NCBI GenBank assembly: GCA_045596925.1
Contig: JAZODH010000041.1
Location: 1,594 to 65,593 of the forward strand
Direction of reading: 5' to 3'
Length of the DNA: 64,000 nt
DNA from: Eubacteriales bacterium
GTDB taxonomy: Bacteria > Bacillota > Clostridia > Oscillospirales > CAG-272
The position numbers and the translations under genes are program-made. The notes beneath the pieces were generated by a model, which saw nothing but the letters and a program-made list of their open reading frames with translations, ran no database searches and was not told the DNA's origin. Below, one piece after another: positions 36,846 through 45,568 of this stretch. The stretch's first letter is position 1. Every line of letters begins with the position of its first letter.

Positions 36846-38180
36846 TTATTGAATTTTCACGTATATCTTGCCCGATTCGCTATGCAAAACAAGGTCTTTT
36901 TCCGCCAGATCTCCGTCGATCAGATAGGCAATTTTCCATTGGCCGTCGCCCATATCCTCGCGGTAGACTATCTCATGATTGAATACTGATTCGCCTTCCC
37001 TTTGATCGACCACGGCGCTCATGGAAAAAATATCTATCTCGCCGTCTCGTTCTGTGTAGCTGTTGAGATTAAACCCGTTCACAAAGGCCTTTTTCATGAT
37101 GTCTCTGTCCTGCTCGGAGTACTGCTCAATATTGGTATATGACATGGTCAACGTCACAACGTACAGCTTCTTCTCTGTCAGAACGCCCTCGCGGTATGCC
37201 TTTGTCGGCTCTTTTCCCGGCGTTTCGATCCAAACGATCTGAGTTCGGTTGTACGTGAGCATCTCGCCGTTTTCATCTGTGAATCTGTCCACCACGTCAC
37301 GGTGGAGGATACAGTCGGGGTCAAGGCTCTTCACGTCCTCATAAACATGAACGTCGTCAACGCACACGATGAAATTTCCGTTCTTGTCGCTCACCTCTTC
37401 TCCTATTTCGGCAAGATCCTTTTCATATACGGGGTCACCCTTGCCAACGATAACGGACGGAAGATCAACAGTCGGGGCGTCATCAAGCTCGTTTAAGATC
37501 GGGATGGACCGAGAGGCATCGGTAGTGTATTCGATCGAAAGCGTTGTCGCAAGCGATACAAGCTCGTCGTCGGTAATTCCGCGACTCACCCACAGCTTGA
37601 GCACCAATTCGTCCTTCTCAAACACAATATATGCAATGCGGTCATAGCGCTCCGTATCCCCTTTTCTTACCACATAAACAGGTTTGTTCCCTGCCTCAAA
37701 GTGCCACGTGTCGGTTGCTCCCACAATAACGTGCTCCAGATCACTGCGACGAAGGTCAACTCCGTTTATCGTTATTGCGCGGGAATCGTCATCGTTTCCG
37801 TACTTGCCCGCCGCGGTTCTATCGGCCTCAAGATCCGAGGGCAAGTCGGGAATGTTCAATTTGATTCCAACTCCGCCATCCTCTATATTCCAGCTCCGCA
37901 AGGGCTTGTCGTCCGTCACAGTTCCCTCGCCCGTGCCGTTAAGTCCCGCATGGATATAAACGTTATCACCATTGCGCTCCATGCTGAAATCTATCAGCCT
38001 TGCGGCGGCAAACACACCCACAGTCAAAGCAGACAAAATGGCAACGGTCGCCAAAATCCTGACGGGAATCGACCTGCGCGGAGTATTCGAGTATTTCTTC
38101 TGCGATTCGCGCTCCAAGGCATTAAGCATCGCCGTTTTACGTTTTCTGTATTCTTCGGAAAAAGTATGGTCTTCTCTCAT
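36846..38180 (-). CDS. putative anti-sigma factor / single-pass membrane protein with large extracytoplasmic domain
   Basis: Immediately downstream of the ECF sigma gene (14-nt gap). Short cytoplasmic N-terminus, one TM (ILATVAILSALTVGVFAAA), ~370-aa external domain. Function is inferred from context. Confidence 0.45.
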   Translation of the reverse strand: MREDHTFSEEYRKRKTAMLNALERESQKKYSNTPRRSIPVRILATVAILSALTVGVFAAARLIDFSMERNGDNVYIHAGLNGTGEGTVTDDKPLRSWNIEDGGVGIKLNIPDLPSDLEADRTAAGKYGNDDDSRAITINGVDLRRSDLEHVIVGATDTWHFEAGNKPVYVVRKGDTERYDRIAYIVFEKDELVLKLWVSRGITDDELVSLATTLSIEYTTDASRSIPILNELDDAPTVDLPSVIVGKGDPVYEKDLAEIGEEVSDKNGNFIVCVDDVHVYEDVKSLDPDCILHRDVVDRFTDENGEMLTYNRTQIVWIETPGKEPTKAYREGVLTEKKLYVVTLTMSYTNIEQYSEQDRDIMKKAFVNGFNLNSYTERDGEIDIFSMSAVVDQREGESVFNHEIVYREDMGDGQWKIAYLIDGDLAEKDLVLHSESGKIYVKIQ

Positions 38181-38194
38181 AATATCTTTCCTCC

Positions 38195-38686
38195 TTATTG
38201 TTTTTTTGTGTCCTTCAAAAGCTTACGGGCACGTTCACAGCGTTTTCTCACGCATCCCTCGCTTATCATCAGAACTGCCGCGGTTTCCCGAATGGTCAGC
38301 CCGTCAAAGAAAAGGCAGCGCATGACCGAAGCGTATTTATTGGGCAGCTCCGAAACCAGCAGAAGCGGTGTATCGATCTCGGAAGACACGTCGGCATATG
38401 TATTTTCCACCGTCTCGTTAAGCTCACAGCAATTATCCCGTTGCTTCTTTTGGGTTCGGTAAATATCAAGCGCGGCGCTTTTAAGCGTTTTGTAAACGTA
38501 CCGTCGTGTTGTGGGTGCCACGGGATCTGCAATCTTTTTTCGGTGTCGGATCAATCGAAGAAAGGCCTCTTGAACCGCGTCCTCCGAAAGGTATTCATCG
38601 CGCAGTATTTTATATGCTTCCCTATACATCGATTGCTCGTACAGCTTATACAGCGCTTCGATGATATCGTTATCTGCAACCTCCAT
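38195..38686 (-). CDS. ECF-type RNA polymerase sigma-70 family factor
   Basis: 163 aa. Region 2 DAVQEAFLRLIRH. Region 4 helix-turn-helix LTIRETAAVLMISEGCVRKRCERARKLL. Confidence 0.8.
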   Translation of the reverse strand: MEVADNDIIEALYKLYEQSMYREAYKILRDEYLSEDAVQEAFLRLIRHRKKIADPVAPTTRRYVYKTLKSAALDIYRTQKKQRDNCCELNETVENTYADVSSEIDTPLLLVSELPNKYASVMRCLFFDGLTIRETAAVLMISEGCVRKRCERARKLLKDTKKQ

Positions 38687-38794
38687 AACACCGCTCCTTT
38701 CTTTGTTTTTGTCCGGACATAGATAATAACGAAATCAAACAGTGGTTTGTGACAAAAACAGAATTAAAAAATTTGTTCGACACAGAGCCGCACC

Positions 38795-38823
38795 CCTGTA
38801 GGGGCGACCATCGGTCGTCCGCC
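38795..38823 (+). repeat. GTAGGG-hairpin (REP-like) element, single copy
   Basis: CCTGTAGGGGCGACC-ATC-GGTCGTCCGCC. Same prefix-plus-GC-hairpin design as the clusters at 61672-61791 and 63728-64000. Confidence 0.6.
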
Positions 38824-38871
38824 ATGAGGGACGGCTTTGCTAGATCCTTGATGAGGGTCTGAACCCACGAT

Positions 38872-38908
38872 AAATGAAAAAGGACGGCTTTGCCGTCCTT
38901 TTTCATTT
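38872..38908. terminator. long A/T-flanked hairpin downstream of the tRNA-His/Arg/Gly cluster
   Basis: AAATGAAAAAGGACGG-CTTTG-CCGTCCTTTTTCATTT. The symmetric design could terminate in either direction. Confidence 0.55.
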
Positions 38909-38909
38909 A

Positions 38910-38987
38910 TGGGGTGAGCGATGGGGGTCGAACCCACGACCTCCAGGGCCACAACCTGGCGCTCTGACCAACTGAGCTACGCCCACC
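38910..38987 (-). tRNA. tRNA-His (anticodon GTG), with encoded G-1
   Basis: Minus strand GGTGGGCGTAGCTCAGTTGGTCAGAGCGCCAGGTTGTGGCCCTGGAGGTCGTGGGTTCGACCCCCATCGCTCACCCCA. Anticodon stem CCAGG/CCTGG with loop TTGTGGC. The extra 5' G is typical of tRNA-His. Confidence 0.9.
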
Positions 38988-39007
38988 ATATAAAAAATTG
39001 CGCTGCA

Positions 39008-39084
39008 TGGCGCACTTTGAGGGACTCGAACCCCCGACCTACTGCTTAGAAGGCAGTTGCTCTATCCAGCTGAGCTAAAAGTGC
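39008..39084 (-). tRNA. tRNA-Arg (anticodon TCT)
   Basis: Minus strand GCACTTTTAGCTCAGCTGGATAGAGCAACTGCCTTCTAAGCAGTAGGTCGGGGGTTCGAGTCCCTCAAAGTGCGCCA. Anticodon loop CTTCTAA. Confidence 0.9.
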
Positions 39085-39110
39085 AAGCACGCAACATTCG
39101 CCTTTCGGCG

Positions 39111-39184
<74 letters not shown>

Positions 39185-39213
39185 ATATATTGGCTTTTCA
39201 AAACCGCCCTGCT

Positions 39214-39242
39214 ATTTTATCACAATTATTCCCTTTTGTCAA
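39214..39242 (-). promoter_or_regulatory. sigma-70 promoter of the tRNA-Gly/Arg/His cluster
   Basis: Minus strand TTGACA, 17-nt spacer, TAAAAT, about 30 nt upstream of tRNA-Gly. Confidence 0.6.
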
Positions 39243-39305
39243 GTCCTTTTTTCAAAAAAGATACGTTATTCTTCTTTTTTATTTTGTGAATTTTCTCCCA
39301 AACTG

Positions 39306-39334
39306 TTGCAAATAACTTTCATTTGTGGTAAAAT
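39306..39334 (+). promoter_or_regulatory. sigma-70 promoter for yajC
   Basis: TTGCAA (39306-11), 17-nt spacer, TGg-TAAAAT (39326-34). Confidence 0.55.
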
Positions 39335-39363
39335 ATATTTACTTAACAATCGGAGGTATAAAA

Positions 39364-39687
39364 ATGAACACAATTCTTCTTGAAGGACAGGGCACCGGCG
39401 GAGGCGGAAGCGGTCTCATTTCCATTCTTATGATCGTCGGCATGCTCGCTATCCTTTATTTCTTTATGATCCGTCCCCAAAGAAAGCAGGAGAAAGAAAC
39501 AGCTGCTATGAGAAACGCTCTGCAGGTTGGTGACGAGATCACGACCATCGGCGGCATCATCGGCAAGATCGTCAGCATCAAGGAAGAAACTATCATGATC
39601 GAAACCGGTCACGACAGAACAAAGATCCGTCTGCTCAAGAGTGCTGTCAGAAACGTTGACGTTAAGGCAGAGGACGCGCAGGACTGA
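39364..39687 (+). CDS. yajC: preprotein translocase subunit YajC
   Basis: Single TM followed by FFMIRPQRKQEKE and LQVGDEITTIGGIIGKIVSI, the canonical YajC sequence. GGAGGT SD before ATG 39364. Confidence 0.9.
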   Translation: MNTILLEGQGTGGGGSGLISILMIVGMLAILYFFMIRPQRKQEKETAAMRNALQVGDEITTIGGIIGKIVSIKEETIMIETGHDRTKIRLLKSAVRNVDVKAEDAQD

Positions 39688-39709
39688 TTTTTACCATTCG
39701 GAATAAATT

Positions 39710-39755
39710 TCGCCCCCTCGGCATTTACTTTATTGTAACTGTGTTTAGGGGGCGA
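39710..39755 (+). promoter_or_regulatory. 9-bp GC hairpin between yajC and the next gene, overlapping that gene's SD-like AGGGGG
   Basis: TCGCCCCCT (39710-18) pairs perfectly with AGGGGGCGA (39747-55). Followed by TTTT and ATG 39760. Confidence 0.4.
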
Positions 39756-39759
39756 TTTT

Positions 39760-40197
39760 ATGGCAAATAACAAGACAAAGAAAAAGAACTCGGGATCTAC
39801 GGGAATATGGGCACTGCTCCTGCCCGGAGCACTTGGCGTAGCCGCAACTGCGGCAGCCGCCGTTGCGGCAGCCCTGATCTTCGGAAAATTGGCGTACAAC
39901 ACGGACGACCCCTTGCAATATGCTCCCGTGATCGGAACAGTCGCACTTTATCTTTCCGTTTTTTTAGGCGGACTTTGCTCAAATCTATGGAGCGGAAGGC
40001 ATTTTGGCGCAACGGTTCTCCATTCGGTGGCCGTTAGTCTGATAATGATAACCGTCGGCTTGGTCGCAGGTGTCCCGTTCGAGCAAAATATTCTTCTCAA
40101 ACTGCTCGTTCTTCCCTGCTCTCTTTTGGGAGGTGCTCTGTGCTATCTGAAGATCCCCAAGAAAAAGAAACCAAAATTCAAGGGCAGAAGCAAGTAA
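39760..40197 (+). CDS. small polytopic membrane protein (hypothetical)
   Basis: 145 aa with four hydrophobic segments and Lys-rich termini. Co-oriented with yajC. Confidence 0.6.
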   Translation: MANNKTKKKNSGSTGIWALLLPGALGVAATAAAAVAAALIFGKLAYNTDDPLQYAPVIGTVALYLSVFLGGLCSNLWSGRHFGATVLHSVAVSLIMITVGLVAGVPFEQNILLKLLVLPCSLLGGALCYLKIPKKKKPKFKGRSK

Positions 40198-40232
40198 AAT
40201 CAAATTCTCTTTGGAACAAAAAGGAATAAAAA

Positions 40233-40643
40233 ATGATTTATTTATACAAGCACAACGGCAGAAAATGCTGTTACGATTCGGCAAGCGGTTCGGTGATCGA
40301 GCTGACTGCTCTGCAATACAAGATGATTGGTGCAATAGAGGCTCCTCTGACGCCCGCCTGTCCCACCTCCCTGCGCTACGAGCTGGCAAAGTTTGACAGC
40401 GAGGACGTGACCGAGGCTTACGACGAACTTTACGGACTTTTCTGTGACGGTCTTCTACTGTGCGAAGGCAAGAGTGACACCGCGCTTCTCCGCACCTCGG
40501 GAGAGCATTCGGTCACAGGTGCAGACGAGGCGGACCTGATCTTTGCATTCACAAAAACCGCGGGCATGACAAGATACCGCATCGTCGGAGACTCCGACGA
40601 CACAGTTGTCAAAGCAGCCGAGAAGAACGGTTTGACGGCATAA
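40233..40643 (+). CDS. hypothetical 136-aa protein whose N-terminus resembles the N-terminal (peptide-recognition) domain of SPASM/radical-SAM peptide maturases, without a radical-SAM core
   Basis: MIYLYKHNGRKCCYDSASGSVIELTALQYKMIG...DVTEAYDELYGLFCDGLL follows the N-terminal pattern I recall for ScfB/anSME-type maturases. No CxxxCxxC motif follows. The call is by resemblance from memory only. Confidence 0.4.
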   Translation: MIYLYKHNGRKCCYDSASGSVIELTALQYKMIGAIEAPLTPACPTSLRYELAKFDSEDVTEAYDELYGLFCDGLLLCEGKSDTALLRTSGEHSVTGADEADLIFAFTKTAGMTRYRIVGDSDDTVVKAAEKNGLTA

Positions 40644-40654
40644 CAAAACAACAA

Positions 40655-40694
40655 ACAAAAGAAGGCACCGCCGAAAGGCGGTGCCTTAAATTTT
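40655..40694. terminator. bidirectional intrinsic terminator (end of the 12-kb minus-strand operon and of the yajC-side genes)
   Basis: AAGGCACCGCC-GAAA-GGCGGTGCCTT hairpin with T-runs on both strands. Confidence 0.8.
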
Positions 40695-40700
40695 GACTTA

Positions 40701-41741
40701 TCAGCCAACGATACCCGAACGCTCGATACCCTGAACCAGGAATTTCTGGCAGAAGAGGTACATTACGATCAGGGGCGCGATGATCATCATACCGCAGGTA
40801 TTGTAGATCGCCGTGTTGAGCAGATTTGCACCCGCATAGTCCGTCTTGAGGGACGGGGGGATCTGGAACGTAAGGTGAGGCCACAGGCGGACTTCACGGC
40901 CGGGGAAGAACAGAACTGTATAGAAGTTGTCCGTCCACTGCCAGGAGAACGCAAACAGGAACACCGTGATCATCATGGGGATAGAAAGAGGAATGATGAT
41001 CTGAAGGAACGTGCGGTAAACGCCCGAACCGTCAACGTATGCAGATTCCTCAAGCTCGTCGGGAACTCCGCGGAAGAACTGTCTGAGCATGAATATGTAA
41101 AGACCGTTCTTGAACGCGATACCGCCCATAGAGAGGATTACCAGAGGCCAGAAGGTATTTGTGAGCTTAATACCGTCCGCAAAGGATGCAGGCAGGATAC
41201 CGAGCTTTGAAAGTCCTCCCATAATGCCGAAGATATCGAAATTCTTGAAGTGGAGGAGCATGGAGAGCTTCAGGGTCTGGTGAGGAACTATCATGGTCAG
41301 CATAACCAGTATGAACAGTATGCCATTACCCTTGAACTTAAACTTGGCAAATCCGTAAGCGATGAGCAGACACGAGAATGTCTGGATCAGCGCACTGATG
41401 ATGGAAAGCAGGAAGGTATTAACGAACGCCTCCATATAGTTCAGCTCAACGAAGATAGCCTTATAGATATCAAGGGTGAAGTTTTTGGGGATCAGTCTTA
41501 CAGTCGAGTCAACGAAGTCGCTCATACTCATAAAGGAGGAAGCGATCTTCGAGATAAAGGGGTAAAGAACGACGTAGGAAATACCGATAAGGAGTACAAG
41601 TCTGAAAGCATACCAGAGTATGTTCATGTAGAAATAGGACGTTCCGAACTTTGCCTTAAGTCTTTCCTTGAGAGGGGTTCTTTCAAATTCAACTCTGATC
41701 TTATTCTTTGTTTCTTTTGTTACTTTGATAGAATTATCCAT
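40701..41741 (-). CDS. carbohydrate-type ABC transporter permease (MalG/TM2-like), pair 2
   Basis: Six hydrophobic segments. EAA-loop region ESAYVDGSGVYRTFLQIIIPLSIP. Confidence 0.85.
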   Translation of the reverse strand: MDNSIKVTKETKNKIRVEFERTPLKERLKAKFGTSYFYMNILWYAFRLVLLIGISYVVLYPFISKIASSFMSMSDFVDSTVRLIPKNFTLDIYKAIFVELNYMEAFVNTFLLSIISALIQTFSCLLIAYGFAKFKFKGNGILFILVMLTMIVPHQTLKLSMLLHFKNFDIFGIMGGLSKLGILPASFADGIKLTNTFWPLVILSMGGIAFKNGLYIFMLRQFFRGVPDELEESAYVDGSGVYRTFLQIIIPLSIPMMITVFLFAFSWQWTDNFYTVLFFPGREVRLWPHLTFQIPPSLKTDYAGANLLNTAIYNTCGMMIIAPLIVMYLFCQKFLVQGIERSGIVG

Positions 41742-41752
41742 TTTTCCCCTCC

Positions 41753-42715
41753 TTAATCACGTCTTTGATAGAAGACGAAGCGGCCCAGGATCAGTGCCAC
41801 GACGGCTACTATGATGATGACCAGCATGAAGTACATCCATGCCATAGCGGTACTTATAACACCCTGCTTTGTGGAATACTCCTGCTCGATAAATCTCATT
41901 ACAGTATTGGAGCCCGCTGTGAACGAGTCGATTACCGTATATATAGCATTTACCAGGATCATGGGGGAGATCATGGGAAGAGTGATCTTCCAGAAGGTCT
42001 CCCAAGCGGATGCGCCTTCGATCTGGCAGGATTCGTAGATCGCGGGGGAGATGGACTGCAGACCTGCAAGGAATATCAGCATCTGCACGCCCGAGCGGTT
42101 TACGATATCGTAGATACTGTTAACGATTCCGATAACGTAGCCTACGATCTCGCGACCAATCTTCATCTGGTCAAACAGAGCCTCAACGTCAAGCATCGAT
42201 ACGATCTGTGACGATGCACTATGGCTCTGACCGCCCGAAACACCCTCTTCACCGTAGGAGGCAAGAATGTTACCCTGGTCGATAGATGCCATGATACCGG
42301 TGGAGAGAATAACGGGGATAAAGAAGATCGCGCGGAATGCGGCACGGCCCACCATTTTTTGGTTAAGGAGCACCGCCATGAACAGGGAGAAGATTACGAT
42401 AGCCGGAATATCAAAGGCAAGTTTACCGAGACCGGCGATAAGAGTGGATACGAAGTCGGGATTGACAAAGAGTGCCTCATTGTAGTTTGCAAATCCAACG
42501 AAGGTCTCCGCCAACGCGCCTCCGGGCATCGACTCAAGCTCGAAAAAGCTGAGTCGGATGGAGTTAAAGATGATCGGCAGATAGATGATCGCAAAGCCGA
42601 GAACGAACGGAAGAACGAATACCCAACCCGCACGCGCCTTACGACGGTCAAGAGATGCCGCACGACGCTTTTTCTTTTTTGGCGCCGCTACTTTTACGTT
42701 TGCCGTATTTGTCAT
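41753..42715 (-). CDS. carbohydrate-type ABC transporter permease (MalF/TM1-like), pair 2
   Basis: Polytopic. EAA-loop region ESCQIEGASAWETFWKITLPMISP. Confidence 0.85.
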   Translation of the reverse strand: MTNTANVKVAAPKKKKRRAASLDRRKARAGWVFVLPFVLGFAIIYLPIIFNSIRLSFFELESMPGGALAETFVGFANYNEALFVNPDFVSTLIAGLGKLAFDIPAIVIFSLFMAVLLNQKMVGRAAFRAIFFIPVILSTGIMASIDQGNILASYGEEGVSGGQSHSASSQIVSMLDVEALFDQMKIGREIVGYVIGIVNSIYDIVNRSGVQMLIFLAGLQSISPAIYESCQIEGASAWETFWKITLPMISPMILVNAIYTVIDSFTAGSNTVMRFIEQEYSTKQGVISTAMAWMYFMLVIIIVAVVALILGRFVFYQRRD

Positions 42716-42734
42716 TTTTTAGCACCTCCCTTTC

Positions 42735-45548
42735 TTAAGATACCTTAACGTAGCCGTAGGACTCTACCGTAACGCCCTCAACGGTTACATCGAAATAGTT
42801 ATAGTTGAGAATGAACGTCGTGCCGTCCTCGTAAGTTACCTTTACGATTCTGCCGTCGTCCGCGGTCACAAGCTTGCCCTTATCAGCCTCACTTATAACC
42901 TCGCCTTCCTCAAGCACACGCTCACCGATAAGGAACTCGTGACCTACCAGCTCTTTATCCTGAAGGTTGCCGAGAATGACGTTCAGCTCGCGGTAAAGCT
43001 CAACTATATCCTCATACCAGATGTCATATCTGATAGAATAGTACTTACTGAGCATCTCGTCTTCCTTCAGGATCTCCGTGTTATCGCAGGAGAGGATGAA
43101 ATAAATGGAAGCTCCGTTTTCGATGCACTTGAGCACCTCGTATCTGATATCACCTGCCATGTTGATAGGTGAGCCGGTAAATTCCTTATATCCGTGGAGA
43201 ACGTATCCAACGAAAGGAACGGAATAGCTTGCGGTATTGTAGTTACTGGAATCGAGAGGCATATCAAGGATATGGTCTGCATACTTCCATGTATAAGCAT
43301 TACCGCCGCTTGTCATTACGTTTCCGTATGCCTCCTCCAGAGACTTGAATGCATCAACGGTAAAGTCCTTGGAGTCCTCGCGGTTGTAGGGTTCCTTCTT
43401 ATCGAAGTCGGAGTTCAGCGAATAACCGAGAGTTGCAACGGAAATTCCGATAGGATCGTAATCCTCGTATTTGCTTTCCAGCTTATTTACGAATCTGTAG
43501 TAATAAGCGGGGGACATCGCCATTTGATAGAAGGTGGTGTAGCTCTGTCTTGCGGCAGAGTAAACACGAAGGCTGGTATAGCGGTTATCGATAGATTTTA
43601 CGATATGCTTTCTCATGGAAACTCCGGGGTTGGAGTTCTTCTCGTGCATATACGCGAAATCGAAGTCGGGATATACACCGTAGCCCTTTTCCTTTGCGTC
43701 ATCGAGAAGTGCGTTAAAGCCCTTCTTGCCGCCTACTGCCTTTTCCCACTTCAGCTTATAGGGAACATTTGCGTACATACCGCCGTTTGCGTATCCCGTA
43801 AGCTTAAAGTTAATGTTGGAAATTCCGTCAGCAGAAAGCTCGGAATAGATCTTCTGAACGTCCTCAAAGGTGGTCAGTGCCGTCATCACGTTTACAGGTA
43901 CGGAAAGGATCTTCTTAATAGATTCCGTAGCACCGAATGTCTCGATATAAAGGGGCAGATCCTCCTTTGTGTCGGTAAGCTTAGTAATAATGCCGTTTTC
44001 CTTAAGGTAGTCACGGTAAGCCTTTGCCATACCGGTCCAGGTAGTATCGTACTTAGAGGTAGCGTCTGTCTCGGTGTCGGACAGAAGAACGTATCTGATA
44101 GTGTAGCTTCCCGCGTAACGTCTCTCGCTTACAACGGTCCAGGTAGAGTTTGAACCTACGGAGATAGCCGTTGCAAGGTTATAAGAGTCTTTAGGACGGG
44201 GAGTTACGGTTACGATAGTCGTGTTATAGGGGTGAGTTGCACCGCCGTGGTAGGTAGCAAAGGAAGCCATAGCCTCGCCCTCTTCCATGATAGCAAGGAA
44301 GCCGCGGTCAACGATTCCCTGATATTCAACGGAAGTCTTTTCGGGGATCTCGGGTGTATCACCCTCAGCAGGAACTGCAGGAGTGACCACAGTCTGATAC
44401 TTCGCCTCGTTCTCAACGATACCGAAAACGGGAGCAACAGCTGTCTGCTCGTAGTTACCCGTAATAGTCTGGTACGCGTAGTCAGTACCGTACATCTTAG
44501 TATTAACGGTAGTCGCGTTAAGACCTGCGCGCGCCTCAAACTTAAAGAGTGCACCCGAGCCGTCGGGAATGAAGGTAAAGCCAGTGTTGGGGTTGATACC
44601 TGCGCCCATGTAAGGCAGGATCTGAATGTTCTCAAGGGTGTACACTTCCTCGTTATAGAGGATACCGTTGGAGGGAAGCGTTACAACAAGATCGCCTTCA
44701 TCGATAGTGTACTCAAGAGCCATTCTGAAGTTTACAGGGGGCTTAGGATCCGACTCATATTCGCACTGCTCGTAGTCAAGGTCCATCTGCTCGAAGGTAT
44801 AATCGGGGCAATATGCTCTGATATAGCTTTCGATCTTTCTCTTATCCACCTCGGTCGCATTGGGGTCGATGGTGTATACAGGGAATTTCTTTGTGATCGG
44901 AACCTGTGCGTAGAGGGACTTCTGCATTGCCTCTCTTACGGCAGGAGACTGCTTATCCCAAGCAGAGGCATCTCTGAGAGCATAGAAAGCAGAAAGCTTC
45001 TGCTTATCCTTTGGGTCTGTGATCTTGGAAAGAATCTCAGACTCAAAGCGAGTCTTTGAAATGATATCGGGAGCAAGAGGTCTTGTCTGCTCGTTACCGA
45101 TAGAGTACTCAACGCGGATACCGTTCTTGATTCTCTCAACCTTGATCTGTCCGCGCATTGCCGCCTCTGTATAGCTGTCGATGGTCTTACGTGTACCGTT
45201 ATCGGTGTAAGTTACGATAAGCTGAGAGAGGAGCTGAGCCTTAATGCTGGCAGCCGCCTTCGCGCTGCCTACGCCATAGGGGTTTGTAAGAAGTATCTGG
45301 CCGTTCTCGGTGTTCTTAAATCCAACCTCACCGGAAACGGGATCACACCAGATCTCGTAGTTGCCTACCTTAGAATAAAGAGTCATGGAGGCAAGCTTTT
45401 CCTCGGAGGAGTTGAACACGAGGGTGGGATAGGATTCGATAGCAGCTGCAGTTGCTGTGTCGTCTTCTGCGGCAAAAGCGAAGATCGAGAATGTTCCCAT
45501 CGCCATTAACACAGCCAAGACAAACGATATTATTCTTTTCATTTTCAT
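42735..45548 (-). CDS. 937-aa secreted protein of unknown function (possibly a DUF5696-like or glycoside-hydrolase-like fold)
   Basis: Signal peptide MKMKRIISFVLAVLMAMGTFSIFAFA. No TM elsewhere. The domain assignment rests only on recollection of similar large proteins that neighbour Yip1 and sugar-permease genes. Confidence 0.5.
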   Translation of the reverse strand: MKMKRIISFVLAVLMAMGTFSIFAFAAEDDTATAAAIESYPTLVFNSSEEKLASMTLYSKVGNYEIWCDPVSGEVGFKNTENGQILLTNPYGVGSAKAAASIKAQLLSQLIVTYTDNGTRKTIDSYTEAAMRGQIKVERIKNGIRVEYSIGNEQTRPLAPDIISKTRFESEILSKITDPKDKQKLSAFYALRDASAWDKQSPAVREAMQKSLYAQVPITKKFPVYTIDPNATEVDKRKIESYIRAYCPDYTFEQMDLDYEQCEYESDPKPPVNFRMALEYTIDEGDLVVTLPSNGILYNEEVYTLENIQILPYMGAGINPNTGFTFIPDGSGALFKFEARAGLNATTVNTKMYGTDYAYQTITGNYEQTAVAPVFGIVENEAKYQTVVTPAVPAEGDTPEIPEKTSVEYQGIVDRGFLAIMEEGEAMASFATYHGGATHPYNTTIVTVTPRPKDSYNLATAISVGSNSTWTVVSERRYAGSYTIRYVLLSDTETDATSKYDTTWTGMAKAYRDYLKENGIITKLTDTKEDLPLYIETFGATESIKKILSVPVNVMTALTTFEDVQKIYSELSADGISNINFKLTGYANGGMYANVPYKLKWEKAVGGKKGFNALLDDAKEKGYGVYPDFDFAYMHEKNSNPGVSMRKHIVKSIDNRYTSLRVYSAARQSYTTFYQMAMSPAYYYRFVNKLESKYEDYDPIGISVATLGYSLNSDFDKKEPYNREDSKDFTVDAFKSLEEAYGNVMTSGGNAYTWKYADHILDMPLDSSNYNTASYSVPFVGYVLHGYKEFTGSPINMAGDIRYEVLKCIENGASIYFILSCDNTEILKEDEMLSKYYSIRYDIWYEDIVELYRELNVILGNLQDKELVGHEFLIGERVLEEGEVISEADKGKLVTADDGRIVKVTYEDGTTFILNYNYFDVTVEGVTVESYGYVKVS

Positions 45549-45568
45549 ATTATCCTTCTCCTTCTGTG

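Noticed and set aside
38838-38872. Hammerhead-ribozyme-like string CTTGATGAGGGTCTGAACCCACGATAAA
   Set aside because: It has a CUGAUGA-like box and a possible stem II (GGGT/ACCC). The obligatory GAAA core is interrupted (GATAAA). I could find no stems I or III and no cleavage-site context.
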